NCBI GenBank assembly: GCA_019749875.1
Contig: JAIEPK010000091.1
Location: 14,398-78,397 of the forward strand
From: Candidatus Binatia bacterium
GTDB taxonomy: Bacteria > Desulfobacterota > Binatia > UBA12015
Length of the DNA: 64,000 nucleotides
Reading direction: 5' to 3'
A program made the position numbers and the translations under genes. Below, in pieces: positions 1 through 9,017 of the stretch (position 1 is its first letter; each line of letters opens with the position of its first letter). Below the pieces are notes generated by a model. The model was not told the origin of the DNA, ran no database searches, and was given only the letters and a program-made list of their open reading frames with translations.

Positions 1-351
1 TCTGCGCGGACAGATCGCCGAACACCAATGCATCGCCCAGCTGGATGGTCGCATGCGCTTGGCCCGCACCGAGCCCCGAGAGCCCGAGCAGCAACGCCAG
101 AAAAAGACCACTTTGCCGGAACCGCGGCTTCGCCATCAGCTTCCCTCCTCGGCCGCCGGCCCCGTCAAGGTGCACCGGCAGCACTCGCTGATCCGAATCA
201 ACGGCGGCGCAATACTCCATTTCCGGCGGACATGGCAAGTGATGCGGCACGCGTCGGAGCGGAACCGCGGGCAGAGGGCATGCCGCGGCTCACGGAGCGG
301 GCGACACGTGCGCGCACGTGCGCCGCGAGGGGGCGCCGGAGCGCCCGATCG

Positions 352-741
352 TCAGTGCTTGGTGGCGGCGCCGAGCAGGCGCTCGATCTTCTCGCGTACC
401 AGCGACGGATCGACGACCGGCTTCGCGAGGTAGTCGTTGCAGCCGTTCGCGAGCGCCTTCTGCTCGTCGCCCGCCATCGCCTGCGCGGTGAGCGCGATGA
501 TCGGGATCGAGCGGCCCGCGTCGAGCGCGCGGATGCGACGGGTCGCTTCCCAGCCGTCCATCACCGGCATCTTCAGGTCCATGAAGATGAGATCCGGCGG
601 GTTCGACTCCACCGCGGCCACCGCCTCGGCGCCGTTGGCCGTCTCGACGATGTCGAAGTCGCCGATCTTGCGCAGCCGGTAGAGCAGGATGCGTCGGTTG
701 TCTTCGTTGTCCTCGACGACCAGGATCCGCTTTCTCGACAT
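352..741 (-). CDS. Single-domain response regulator (CheY/DivK-like receiver)
   Basis: ILVVEDN, DLIFMDLKMPVMDG, IIALTA and YLAKP receiver motifs; ATG at 741. Confidence 0.93.
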   Translation of the reverse strand: MSRKRILVVEDNEDNRRILLYRLRKIGDFDIVETANGAEAVAAVESNPPDLIFMDLKMPVMDGWEATRRIRALDAGRSIPIIALTAQAMAGDEQKALANGCNDYLAKPVVDPSLVREKIERLLGAATKH

Positions 742-860
742 GGAAAACCTCTGTAGCCCTGCGCCGCCCGCGGCGGTCAGGCGTACTCCGCCGGGCTGCC
801 GATCGCAGACCGACCGTTCGTCGTTGGCACGCACCAGATCGCTCTGTTAGCGGCGCCGAG

Positions 861-2282
861 ATGGCGTCCGTACGAACGCGCTTCGCCCCGAGCCCGACCG
901 GCGCACTGCACGTCGGCGGCGTGCGCACCGCACTCTTCAGCTATCTCTACGCGCGCCATTTCGGCGGCCGATTCGTCCTGCGCATCGAAGATACCGACCG
1001 CCAGCGATCGACCCAAGCGTGGGTCGACGAGATCGTCGGTGCGCTGCGCTGGCTCGACCTGGAGTGGGACGAGGGTCCCTTCTTCCAGACCGAGCGCATG
1101 GATCTCTACCGCGAGACGATCGAGCGTCTGCTGTCGGACGGTCGTGCCTACCGGTGCACCTGCACGCCCGACGAGCTCGAGGCGAAGCGCAAGGTCGCCA
1201 TGCAGAGCGGCGGCAGCGCAGGCTACGATCGGCACTGCCGGCCCGGCTTCGGCCCCGGCCCCGACGCGGGCCGACCGGCCGCGATCCGCTTCGCGATGCC
1301 GACCGACGGCGAGGCGGTCATCGAGGACCTCGTCAAGGACAAAGTCGTCTTCCGCAACGCGGACGTCGACGACTTCGTGATCGCGCGCTCCGACGGCTGG
1401 CCGACGTACAATCTCGTGGTCACCGTCGACGATGCGGACATGGCGATCAGCCACGTGATCCGCGGCGACGACCTGCTGCCCAGCACTCCCAAGCAGATCG
1501 CGCTGTACCACGCGCTCGGTGCCCCGGTGCCGAGCTTCGCGCACCTGCCGCAGGTGCTCGGCGTGGATCGTGCGCGTCTCTCGAAGCGGCACGCCGCGAC
1601 CGCGGTCACGTCGTACCGCGAGCTCGGCTACTACCCCGACGCACTGGTGAACTTCCTGGCCCGTCTCGGCTGGTCGCACGGCGACCAGGAAGTGTTCTCT
1701 CGCAAGGAGTTGATCCACGCTTTCTCCTTGGAAAGTGTCGGCAAATCGGCGGGGGTCTTTAACCTCGAGAAGCTCGATTGGCTAAACTTCCAGTACCTGA
1801 AGGCACGATCACCCGAGCAGCTCGCAGGCGACTTGCGTCCCTTCATGGCGTCGCGCGGCATCGTGGTGCCGGGCGACGACGCTTGGCTCGCGAAGATGGC
1901 GGGCACGCTGCGCGAGCGTGCGAAGACGCTCGGCGAGCTGACCGACATGGCGAGCTTCTATCTCGCCGACGAGATCACCCTCGACGAGAAGGCGGTCGCG
2001 AAGTTCCTGAAGCCCGAGGCGGGACCTCTGCTGGCTGCGCTGGTCGACCGCCTGACGGCCCTGCCGGTCTGGGACCCGGCGGCGATCGAGGGCGTGTTCA
2101 CCGGTCTGATGACGGAGACGGGCGTGAAGCTCGGTGCCCTCGCGCAGCCGGTACGCGTGGCGGTGAGCGGCGGTACGGTGAGCCCGGGGATCTACGAGGT
2201 GCTCGACGTCCTCGGCCGCGAGCGCTCGCTGCGCCGGCTCCGGAATGCCATCGAGATCGCAAACGCGGCCGCCGGGCACTAG
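861..2282 (+). CDS. gltX: Glutamate--tRNA ligase
   Basis: RTRFAPSPTG-LHVGG (HIGH), LRIEDTD, HVIRGDD, LSKR (KMSKS-like) and the C-terminal anticodon-binding domain. Confidence 0.97.
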   Translation: MASVRTRFAPSPTGALHVGGVRTALFSYLYARHFGGRFVLRIEDTDRQRSTQAWVDEIVGALRWLDLEWDEGPFFQTERMDLYRETIERLLSDGRAYRCTCTPDELEAKRKVAMQSGGSAGYDRHCRPGFGPGPDAGRPAAIRFAMPTDGEAVIEDLVKDKVVFRNADVDDFVIARSDGWPTYNLVVTVDDADMAISHVIRGDDLLPSTPKQIALYHALGAPVPSFAHLPQVLGVDRARLSKRHAATAVTSYRELGYYPDALVNFLARLGWSHGDQEVFSRKELIHAFSLESVGKSAGVFNLEKLDWLNFQYLKARSPEQLAGDLRPFMASRGIVVPGDDAWLAKMAGTLRERAKTLGELTDMASFYLADEITLDEKAVAKFLKPEAGPLLAALVDRLTALPVWDPAAIEGVFTGLMTETGVKLGALAQPVRVAVSGGTVSPGIYEVLDVLGRERSLRRLRNAIEIANAAAGH

Positions 2283-2320
2283 CCAGGCGCCTCAGGGCTT
2301 GTTAGGTTCGCCGCACCCGT

Positions 2321-2393
2321 TGGGGAGTCGGCTAATTGGTAAGCCACCTGACTCTGGATCAGGCGATTGTAGGTTCGAGTCCTACCTCCCCAG
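2321..2393 (+). tRNA. tRNA-Gln(CTG)
   Basis: Acceptor TGGGGAG/CTCCCCA, anticodon arm CCTGA-CTCTGGA-TCAGG, T loop GTTCGAGTC. Confidence 0.95.
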
Positions 2394-2400
2394 CTCATTC

Positions 2401-2472
2401 GGTCCCATCGTCTAGCGGTTAGGACACCGGCCTCTCACGTCGGGAACAGGGGTTCGATTCCCCTTGGGACCA
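2401..2472 (+). tRNA. tRNA-Glu(CTC)
   Basis: Acceptor GGTCCCA/TGGGACC, anticodon arm CCGGC-CTCTCAC-GTCGG, T loop GTTCGATTC. Confidence 0.95.
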
Positions 2473-2551
2473 TTTCGCTTCGCACCGCCCTGCGGGTGGT
2501 GCGGGCACCGCAGGTCGCTGCGCCGCGATTGCTGCCGAGCGCGGGACCGCG

Positions 2552-2845
2552 TCAGGAGCCGAGGCCGGACTTCTCGTTGAAGCTCCACGACTCGTCGCGC
2601 CGCACCCGAACGCCGATGCCGCGCTTGCGGAGCCGGTCGAAGCGCTGGCGGATCCAGTCGACCCCAGCATCGCTGGTGCGCGCCGGCACGCGCAGCTCGA
2701 GCTGCGAGCCGCGGCCTGCCCACAGGGCGTCCGCAAAGAGCGTCTCGACCTCGTAGGGCGTCAGCCAGCCGGTCCGTTCACTGCGCTGGACGCCGCTGTT
2801 CTTCGCGAGCTGCGCTCGGAAGGGGAAGACCTTCTGCTCGTTCAC
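2552..2845 (-). CDS. Hypothetical protein
   Basis: GTG start with GGAGG upstream; protein-like composition. Confidence 0.55.
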   Translation of the reverse strand: MNEQKVFPFRAQLAKNSGVQRSERTGWLTPYEVETLFADALWAGRGSQLELRVPARTSDAGVDWIRQRFDRLRKRGIGVRVRRDESWSFNEKSGLGS

Positions 2846-3049
2846 GTTCGGCCTCCGACTCGACGGCTCCGGACCACACCACGACAGCGACGTCCCCACG
2901 GGAGCGCTAGGGCCGCGGCCTACGTGCTCGCGACCGCCGTTCGACTCGACCAACCGGGGCAGGAGAAACCAGCAGGCAGATGGGACCGTCGTACACGCGC
3001 CGCGCAGCGGAGAAAACCCCGCTCGCGGCGAGCGTGACGAGGAAACGAC

Positions 3050-3439
3050 TTAGAGGCTCGCCTTGCGCGCCCGCGGGGTCGTCTTCGCGCGCGGAGCGCG
3101 CTTCTTCGCAGGCGCGGCAGGTGCCATGGGCTCCGCGCTCTTGACCCCCGTCGTCAGCATCGTGGCCAGATTGGTCTTGCCGTCCTTTGCGCGACGTGCG
3201 GCGGCCTTCTTCGCCGCCCGCTCGGCCGCCTCGAGAAACTCCGACGACCCACCGACGTCGTAGCGTCCGCGAACCTTCGGAATGTACCGCAGGCGCATCA
3301 CGATCTTGTGCTGCTCGTAGTGCTTCACGCAGCGCCAGCCCTTGTACGCTGGCTCGCTGCAGACGACACAGAGGCCGAGCGCGCGGTGCTTGCGCTGCCA
3401 CAACGTCTGACGGCTCACGCCGGTCTTCTTCTTCTCCAT
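3050..3439 (-). CDS. Small basic protein with putative Zn-binding motif and Lys/Ala-rich tail
   Basis: CVVC-x9-C-x2-H motif; AKKAAARRAK and PAKKRAPRAK tail. Confidence 0.7.
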   Translation of the reverse strand: MEKKKTGVSRQTLWQRKHRALGLCVVCSEPAYKGWRCVKHYEQHKIVMRLRYIPKVRGRYDVGGSSEFLEAAERAAKKAAARRAKDGKTNLATMLTTGVKSAEPMAPAAPAKKRAPRAKTTPRARKASL

Positions 3440-3737
3440 TTCGATCTCACCCTGTCACCGCGACGCCGCCGCGGCTCAAAATCGGATTCACGAATTCTTC
3501 GATCTTGCCAGATCACCCGTATGGGGGGCAAGGCGCCGGGGCCGGCAATTTTACTCTTCCGGTCGTTTTTGCCGTACCAGCATCGCTCGGATTCTTGCAC
3601 GACGGAGGATCCCGTGCGGACGCCCCACCAGGCGCCGCAGCGCGTCGCGTTGACGCGACCCCGACATCGATCTAGGACCGCGGCTGAGCGTTCCGAAGAC
3701 GCGTCACCAACGAGAGACCAAGGGGCACGAACCATCG

Positions 3738-4154
3738 ATGAGCTGCATCTTCTGTCGCATCGTGTCGGGCGAGGTGCCGGCCGAGATCGTCGCGCGCGAG
3801 CCCGGCGCCATCGCGTTCCTCGACGTCTCCCCGCTCGCCGACGGGCACGTCCTGGTCGTGCCCGAGGCGCACGTCGCGCGCGTCGAAGACTTGGATGCCG
3901 GTGCTGCGGCTTCGCTGTTCCGCACCGTGACGCGACTCGCGGGGCCGATCCGGACCGCGGTCGACGCGGCCGGGACGACGATCGGCATCAACAACGGCGA
4001 GGCGACGGGCCAGACCGTACCGCACGTGCACGTGCACATCGTCCCGCGCTGGGAGGGCGACGGCGCCAGCAGCGTGCACGGGATCTTTCGAGCCGGCCCG
4101 CGACGTCCCGTCGCGGCCGTCGCAGCCGCCATCCGCGGCGCGATCGAGCGCTGA
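3738..4154 (+). CDS. HIT family nucleotide hydrolase
   Basis: N-terminal CIFC, GHVLVVP and GQTVPHVHVHIVPR histidine triad. Confidence 0.95.
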   Translation: MSCIFCRIVSGEVPAEIVAREPGAIAFLDVSPLADGHVLVVPEAHVARVEDLDAGAAASLFRTVTRLAGPIRTAVDAAGTTIGINNGEATGQTVPHVHVHIVPRWEGDGASSVHGIFRAGPRRPVAAVAAAIRGAIER

Positions 4155-4286
4155 TCGGGTGGCGCCCTCCTGCATCCGAGAGCACTTGCCCACCGTATCG
4201 AATGCACGCCGGGCGCCCGGCGTCCGCTAGTCACCGATTCGCACCGGCTCCGCGGCGTCGCGGACCGACGAACGATGGAGGAACGG

Positions 4287-4574
4287 ATGAATCGAACCAC
4301 CAGAGGGGCCGTCGTGGCGCTCGGCGTCGCAGCACTGTTCAGCGCAGGCACGGCCTTCGCCGAGTCCGCGAGCGACGGCCACGACATGCACGACGGCGGC
4401 GCCAAGAAGGACGCCAAGGTCGCGTGTACCGGCGTCAACGAGTGCAAGGGCAAGGGCGAGTGCGCCGGCGCAGGCAACTCGTGCGCCGGCAGCAACTCGT
4501 GCAAGGGCAAGGGCGTTCAGATGATGAGCGCCGCCGATTGCCAGAAGAAGGGCGGCAAGGTCGCGACCAACTGA
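4287..4574 (+). CDS. Secreted Cys-rich RiPP precursor (BufA2/bufferin-like)
   Basis: Signal peptide ending AFA, repeated CxGxNxCKGKG motifs, GGAGGA RBS, directly upstream of DUF692. Confidence 0.85.
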   Translation: MNRTTRGAVVALGVAALFSAGTAFAESASDGHDMHDGGAKKDAKVACTGVNECKGKGECAGAGNSCAGSNSCKGKGVQMMSAADCQKKGGKVATN

Positions 4575-4580
4575 GCCGGT

Positions 4581-4611
4581 GCGGCGGGGGAGCGGTCCGC
4601 TCCCCCGCCGC
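4581..4611 (+). other. Strong GC hairpin between precursor and MNIO gene
   Basis: GCGGCGGGGGAGCG...CGCTCCCCCGCCGC inverted repeat; no U-tract. Confidence 0.6.
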
Positions 4612-4622
4612 CCGGGCGCGAG

Positions 4623-5480
4623 ATGACACGACATCCCCACCTCGGTTTCGGCATCGGCCTCCGCACCGGTCACTTCTCCGCCCTGCTCGAAGGCGGGACG
4701 CGTGCAGACTGGCTCGAGGCGATCTCCGAGAACTTCATGATCCCCGGCGGACGGCCGCTGCACGTCCTCGAGCGCGTCCGGCGCGACAAGATGCTGGTCC
4801 TGCACGGCGTCTCGCTGTCGATCGGCGGCAGCGATCCACTCGACCCGAGCTACCTGCGCGCGCTGCGCGCCCTCGCCGATCGCTTCGCTCCGGCATGGGT
4901 GTCGGACCATCTCTGCTGGACGCGCCACGACGCGCACCAGCTGCACGACCTGCTGCCGCTGCCGTGGACGGAGGAGGCTCTGGCGCACCTCGTACCGCGC
5001 ATCGCGCAGGTGCAGGACGTGCTGGCGCGTCGTCTGGTGCTCGAGAACGTTTCCTCGTACCTCGCGTTCGACGGCGACCTGACGGAATGGGAGTTCCTCG
5101 CCGAGCTCACGCGACGCGCCGACTGCGACGTGCTGCTCGACGTCAACAACGTCTACGTGAGCGCCCGAAACCACGGCTTCGACCCGCGACGCTACGTCGA
5201 TGCGATCCCGCCGAAGCGCGTGGCGCAGATCCATCTCGCGGGGCACAGCGATCACGGGACGCATCTGCTCGACACGCACGACGCGCCGGTCGCGGACGCG
5301 GTCTGGGAGCTCTACCGCTACACGATCGAGCGCCTCGGTCCGGTGTCGACGCTGGTCGAGTGGGACGGCGACGTGCCGGCCCTCGAGGTCGTCGAGGCAG
5401 AGGCGGCACGCGCACGCGACGTCGCCGCCGCTGCGGTGCAAGCGGCGCACACGCGACGTGACGGCGTTGCGGCTGCCTGA
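4623..5480 (+). CDS. DUF692 multinuclear non-heme iron oxidase (BufB/MbnB/TglH family)
   Basis: GIGLR, ENF, HGVSLSIG, SDHL, LENVS, LLDVNNVYV, IHLAGH, DTH and EWD motifs. Confidence 0.95.
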   Translation: MTRHPHLGFGIGLRTGHFSALLEGGTRADWLEAISENFMIPGGRPLHVLERVRRDKMLVLHGVSLSIGGSDPLDPSYLRALRALADRFAPAWVSDHLCWTRHDAHQLHDLLPLPWTEEALAHLVPRIAQVQDVLARRLVLENVSSYLAFDGDLTEWEFLAELTRRADCDVLLDVNNVYVSARNHGFDPRRYVDAIPPKRVAQIHLAGHSDHGTHLLDTHDAPVADAVWELYRYTIERLGPVSTLVEWDGDVPALEVVEAEAARARDVAAAAVQAAHTRRDGVAAA

Positions 5481-6264
5481 GCTGCAGGAGCGCCTGCGCG
5501 CGCTGATCGCAGATCCGGAGACGCTCGCCGGACCGCTGTCCGCACTCGAGGCGAAGGTCGCAGCGCTGCCGATCCGCGGCGATGCGCGCCTGTCGTCCGC
5601 CGAGCGCGTGCGCATCTATGCCGCCATGTACGTCGCCCGCCTGCGTGACGCGCTCGCGGACGACTTTCCGGCGCTGCGTCACGCGCTCGGCGAGGAGGCG
5701 TTCGGCGCGCTGGCGCAGCGCTACGTCGCCACGCATCCGAGCGATCGCCCTTCCCTGCGCGACCTCGGTCGCCACCTGCCGGGCTTCCTGCGCCGCGGCG
5801 AGGTCGCTGCGGTGCCGTGGCACGCCGAGCTGGCACAGCTCGAGTGGGCCATGGTCGGCGCGTTCGACGCTCTCGACCAGCGCGTGCTCGCGCGAGAGCA
5901 ACTCGGCGTGCTCGCACCCGAAGCGTGGCCCGAGCTGCGGATCGTGCCGGTGGACTCGCTGCGCTTGCTCGCCTTGACCCATGCCGTCGACGCGGTGCGC
6001 GAGCGCCTCCTCGCCGGCCACGATGCCGGCGCGATCACCGCGACGAGAACCCTGTTGCGCGTCTGGCGGCAGGACCTCGTGGTCTACGTCCGCGCGATCC
6101 CGCAGCTCGAGATGGCGGCCCTGCGCTGGCTGCACCGTGGCTCGACCTTCGCCGATCTGTGCGGATGGCTCGATTCCGTGATCGACGCCGACCAGGACGC
6201 GACCCATGTCGCCGGGTCGCTGCTGGCGCGCTGGGTCGAGGACGGCCTTCTCGTGGCGGCCTGA
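5458..6264 (+). CDS. DUF2063 MNIO partner protein (BufC-like)
   Basis: RVRIYAAMY..RL.DAL..DFP..LG...F..LA..Y...HPS and ELAQLEW motifs; overlaps the DUF692 end; start approximate. Confidence 0.88.
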   Translation: MTALRLPELQERLRALIADPETLAGPLSALEAKVAALPIRGDARLSSAERVRIYAAMYVARLRDALADDFPALRHALGEEAFGALAQRYVATHPSDRPSLRDLGRHLPGFLRRGEVAAVPWHAELAQLEWAMVGAFDALDQRVLAREQLGVLAPEAWPELRIVPVDSLRLLALTHAVDAVRERLLAGHDAGAITATRTLLRVWRQDLVVYVRAIPQLEMAALRWLHRGSTFADLCGWLDSVIDADQDATHVAGSLLARWVEDGLLVAA

Positions 6265-6311
6265 CGCGCGCACTTGCCCACGCGCGCATGCACCTGCGAC
6301 ATAGGAGCGCG

Positions 6312-7325
6312 ATGCAGCTCGAAGCACGCGGCCTTCCGATCCACACGCGCTCCCTGTCGGTCACCCTGTCCGCCACGCAAGGGCGCGACGCCGCGTTCGC
6401 CGCCTACGTCCTCGACCTGCGCAAGCGCGGCTTCGTGCCCGTCGCGGGCGACCTGCAGGGCACCGGCATCATCCACCACATGCAGCTCGACGGCGCGATC
6501 GACCCGAGCGCGCGGCGTCTCACGCGGATCGCCGCGCGTATGCCCACGGTGGCCTTCGAGGCGAGCGTCGCGTCGGAGGGCGAGAGCTGCAGGGATCTCG
6601 CGGGCCGCGTCGATCATCTGGCCGGCACGGCGATCGACGGAACGTGGGCACGCGCGCTCGGAGCGGAGATCGGTGGCCCGCGCGGCTGCTCGCACGTGCT
6701 GACGCTCGCACAGCTGCTCGGCCCGACCGCCGCGTGGGCGCTCGACGAGGACGCGCGTCTGCTGCGAACACCCGCGCGCTCGCCGGGCGAGCGCATCTTC
6801 CGCCGCGACGTCACCATCGACGGCTACGAGTGCAGCGGCGACCTCTACTTGACGCTCCAGCTCAGCGACCTCCATCTCGCACCCACGCCGCCCGGCGCGG
6901 CCGCCGCCGATCGCTTCGCAGCCCAGCTGGAGCTGCGCGCGGCGACCCGGCTCACGATGGCCGACATGACGATCGCCGAGATCGGGCTCGCCGAGCGTCG
7001 CAGAACGGCCGCGGACTTCGAGACCGCGAGCTGGCACGAGCGCCCCGATCGCGCGACGCCGCTCCTCGGCGCATCGCTGCGCAGCGGCATCAGCGGGCGC
7101 CTGCTGCAGCAGTTTCAGGACGCCGGTACGGACCGCCCGCTGCTCGACGCTCTGCTCATGCTGGCCCCGGCGACCGTGCAGTGCATCGCCTCGTTCATCG
7201 ACACCTGGACCCAGGTGCCGTGGATGCGCCCGGGAGCCGCGAGCAATGGCGAGACCGGCGGCCATCCCGACTCCTGCTGGATGTGGCGCCGTGACGGCGC
7301 CCTCGGACGCAAGCGCTTCGGCTGA
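6312..7325 (+). CDS. DUF2889-like domain protein
   Basis: IHTR, IIHHM, GGPRGCSHVLTL and DSC motifs; AGGAG RBS. Confidence 0.7.
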   Translation: MQLEARGLPIHTRSLSVTLSATQGRDAAFAAYVLDLRKRGFVPVAGDLQGTGIIHHMQLDGAIDPSARRLTRIAARMPTVAFEASVASEGESCRDLAGRVDHLAGTAIDGTWARALGAEIGGPRGCSHVLTLAQLLGPTAAWALDEDARLLRTPARSPGERIFRRDVTIDGYECSGDLYLTLQLSDLHLAPTPPGAAAADRFAAQLELRAATRLTMADMTIAEIGLAERRRTAADFETASWHERPDRATPLLGASLRSGISGRLLQQFQDAGTDRPLLDALLMLAPATVQCIASFIDTWTQVPWMRPGAASNGETGGHPDSCWMWRRDGALGRKRFG

Positions 7326-7361
7326 GGGCGCACGCCGCGACGGCGCGCGCCCCCGCCCCGT

Positions 7362-7844
7362 TCAGAGCCGCGCCAGCACCGACTCGGCGCTCGATGCGTT
7401 GAGCCCCGGTCCGGGCTCGACCATCAGGGCCTCGAGCTTGCCGTCGCGCACGATCATGGCGTAGCGCTGCGAGCGCTGGCCCATGCCGAAGCCGGTCGCG
7501 TCCATGCCCAGGCCGAGCGCGCGCGTCAGCTCGCCGTTCCCGTCCGCCAGCATGCGGATCTTGCCGCTCGCGTTGCTGCTCTTGCCCCACGCGTCCATGA
7601 CGAAGGCGTCGTTCACCGCGAGACACGCGATCTCGTCCGCGCCCTTCTTCTTGAGCGCGTCGTACTGCTCGACGAAGCCCGGCAGGTGCTTCATCGAGCA
7701 CGTCGGCGTGAACGCACCGGGCACCGCGAAGACGACCAGACGCTTGCCCGCCGACAGCTCGGCGAGCGATGTCGGGGTCGGCTTGCCGTCCACCATCTCG
7801 GTGACTTTCACGTCGGGAACCTTGTCGCCTTCCTTGATCGCCAT
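7362..7844 (-). CDS. Peroxiredoxin (Prx5 type)
   Basis: VPGAFTPTCS..HLPGF, VNDAFVM, LADGN and RSQRYAM motifs. Confidence 0.95.
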   Translation of the reverse strand: MAIKEGDKVPDVKVTEMVDGKPTPTSLAELSAGKRLVVFAVPGAFTPTCSMKHLPGFVEQYDALKKKGADEIACLAVNDAFVMDAWGKSSNASGKIRMLADGNGELTRALGLGMDATGFGMGQRSQRYAMIVRDGKLEALMVEPGPGLNASSAESVLARL

Positions 7845-7949
7845 GTCGTCCTCCGCGCGCGGTTGGTTTGACGCGCGGGCCTACAGCTAGCCGAGGGCGC
7901 GGCGCCACTCAAGGATGGCGGCGCGCGCGAACGCAGCGCGGAGCGACGA

Positions 7950-8969
7950 TCACAACGCCAGCAGGAGCACCGCGGCGAGCGCTGCCGCGATCCCGACGCG
8001 AAGGAGAAAGCGCGGCTGGATCACCGCGTGGTCGGAGGCGATGCTGCGCACCGACTCCGGCGTGACCCCGCCGAGGCAGACGGCTTCGACGATCTCGAGG
8101 CAGTCGCCGGCCAGGAGCTCGCGGAAGACGTGGCCCAGCTCGGCACTGGCCGCCGACGGATCGCCCTTGTAGCTCACCTCGTCGCCGCCGTACCCGAAGC
8201 GCGCGTTGAGCAGCCAGCCGATGCCGCCACCGAGGGCGTGCGTCGCCTCGCGCACGTGCGCACCGTTGCCGCCGCGGCGCTCCCGCCACGTCGCGAGCCG
8301 CTCCCCGGCGTCCACCAGCGGCGCGAAGGGCGGCGGCTGACGCTGCCCCAGCCGCGCATACTCCGGCTCGACGAGCTGCGGGCGCTCGGCGAGCATGAAG
8401 CTCGTCTCCCACGTGCCGGCATGCTCGCCGCTGACCACCGCCACCCGCTCGTGCGGGTTCAGCGCACGGCCGAGCAGCTCCTCCACGCGTGCGAGGCGTC
8501 CGCCCGTGACGATGCGGTGCAGCACCGCGATCGACGGCGAGAACATGCGCATCCCGTAGCGCCGGCTGAGCTTGCGGCACGCGGCCTCGATCGCCGCCGC
8601 ATGGCGCGGTCCGCCGTGACCGTTGGTCACCACCACGTTCTCGAACCCGGCGCGGGCGAGCGACCTGCCGTGCGCGAGCAGCGCGCCATAGAGGATCCGC
8701 GGTGCCACCTCGAAGGTTCCCGGCAGCGGCAGCTCGTCGCAGCCGAGCGCCAGCAGGGGCAGCTGCACGACGGTCCAGTCCGGGTGTCGCTCGGCGAAGC
8801 GTCGTCCGGCCTCCTCGGCCATCCAGCGCGCCATCGCCTGATCCATCCCGAGCGGCAGGTGCGGCCCGTGCACCTCGAGGGCGCTGACCGGCAGGAACGC
8901 GACCGCGCGCGTCCGGATCATGCGCAGCAGTGCAGCGTAGCTCAGCTCGTCGGCGCGAACGATCGGCAT
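7950..8969 (-). CDS. Creatininase-family amidohydrolase with C-terminal TM helix
   Basis: EVHGPHLPLGMD, NGHGG and EHAGTWETS motifs; hydrophobic C-terminus. Confidence 0.85.
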   Translation of the reverse strand: MPIVRADELSYAALLRMIRTRAVAFLPVSALEVHGPHLPLGMDQAMARWMAEEAGRRFAERHPDWTVVQLPLLALGCDELPLPGTFEVAPRILYGALLAHGRSLARAGFENVVVTNGHGGPRHAAAIEAACRKLSRRYGMRMFSPSIAVLHRIVTGGRLARVEELLGRALNPHERVAVVSGEHAGTWETSFMLAERPQLVEPEYARLGQRQPPPFAPLVDAGERLATWRERRGGNGAHVREATHALGGGIGWLLNARFGYGGDEVSYKGDPSAASAELGHVFRELLAGDCLEIVEAVCLGGVTPESVRSIASDHAVIQPRFLLRVGIAAALAAVLLLAL

Positions 8970-9017
8970 GGTCGCTCCTGCATAGCGCCGCACCGCCAAG
9001 TCCCCAAGCGCACGCGC

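Noticed and set aside
4225..4265. ECF sigma promoter for the RiPP cluster
   Set aside because: GTCACC and CGTC elements are present, but the spacing is not convincing.
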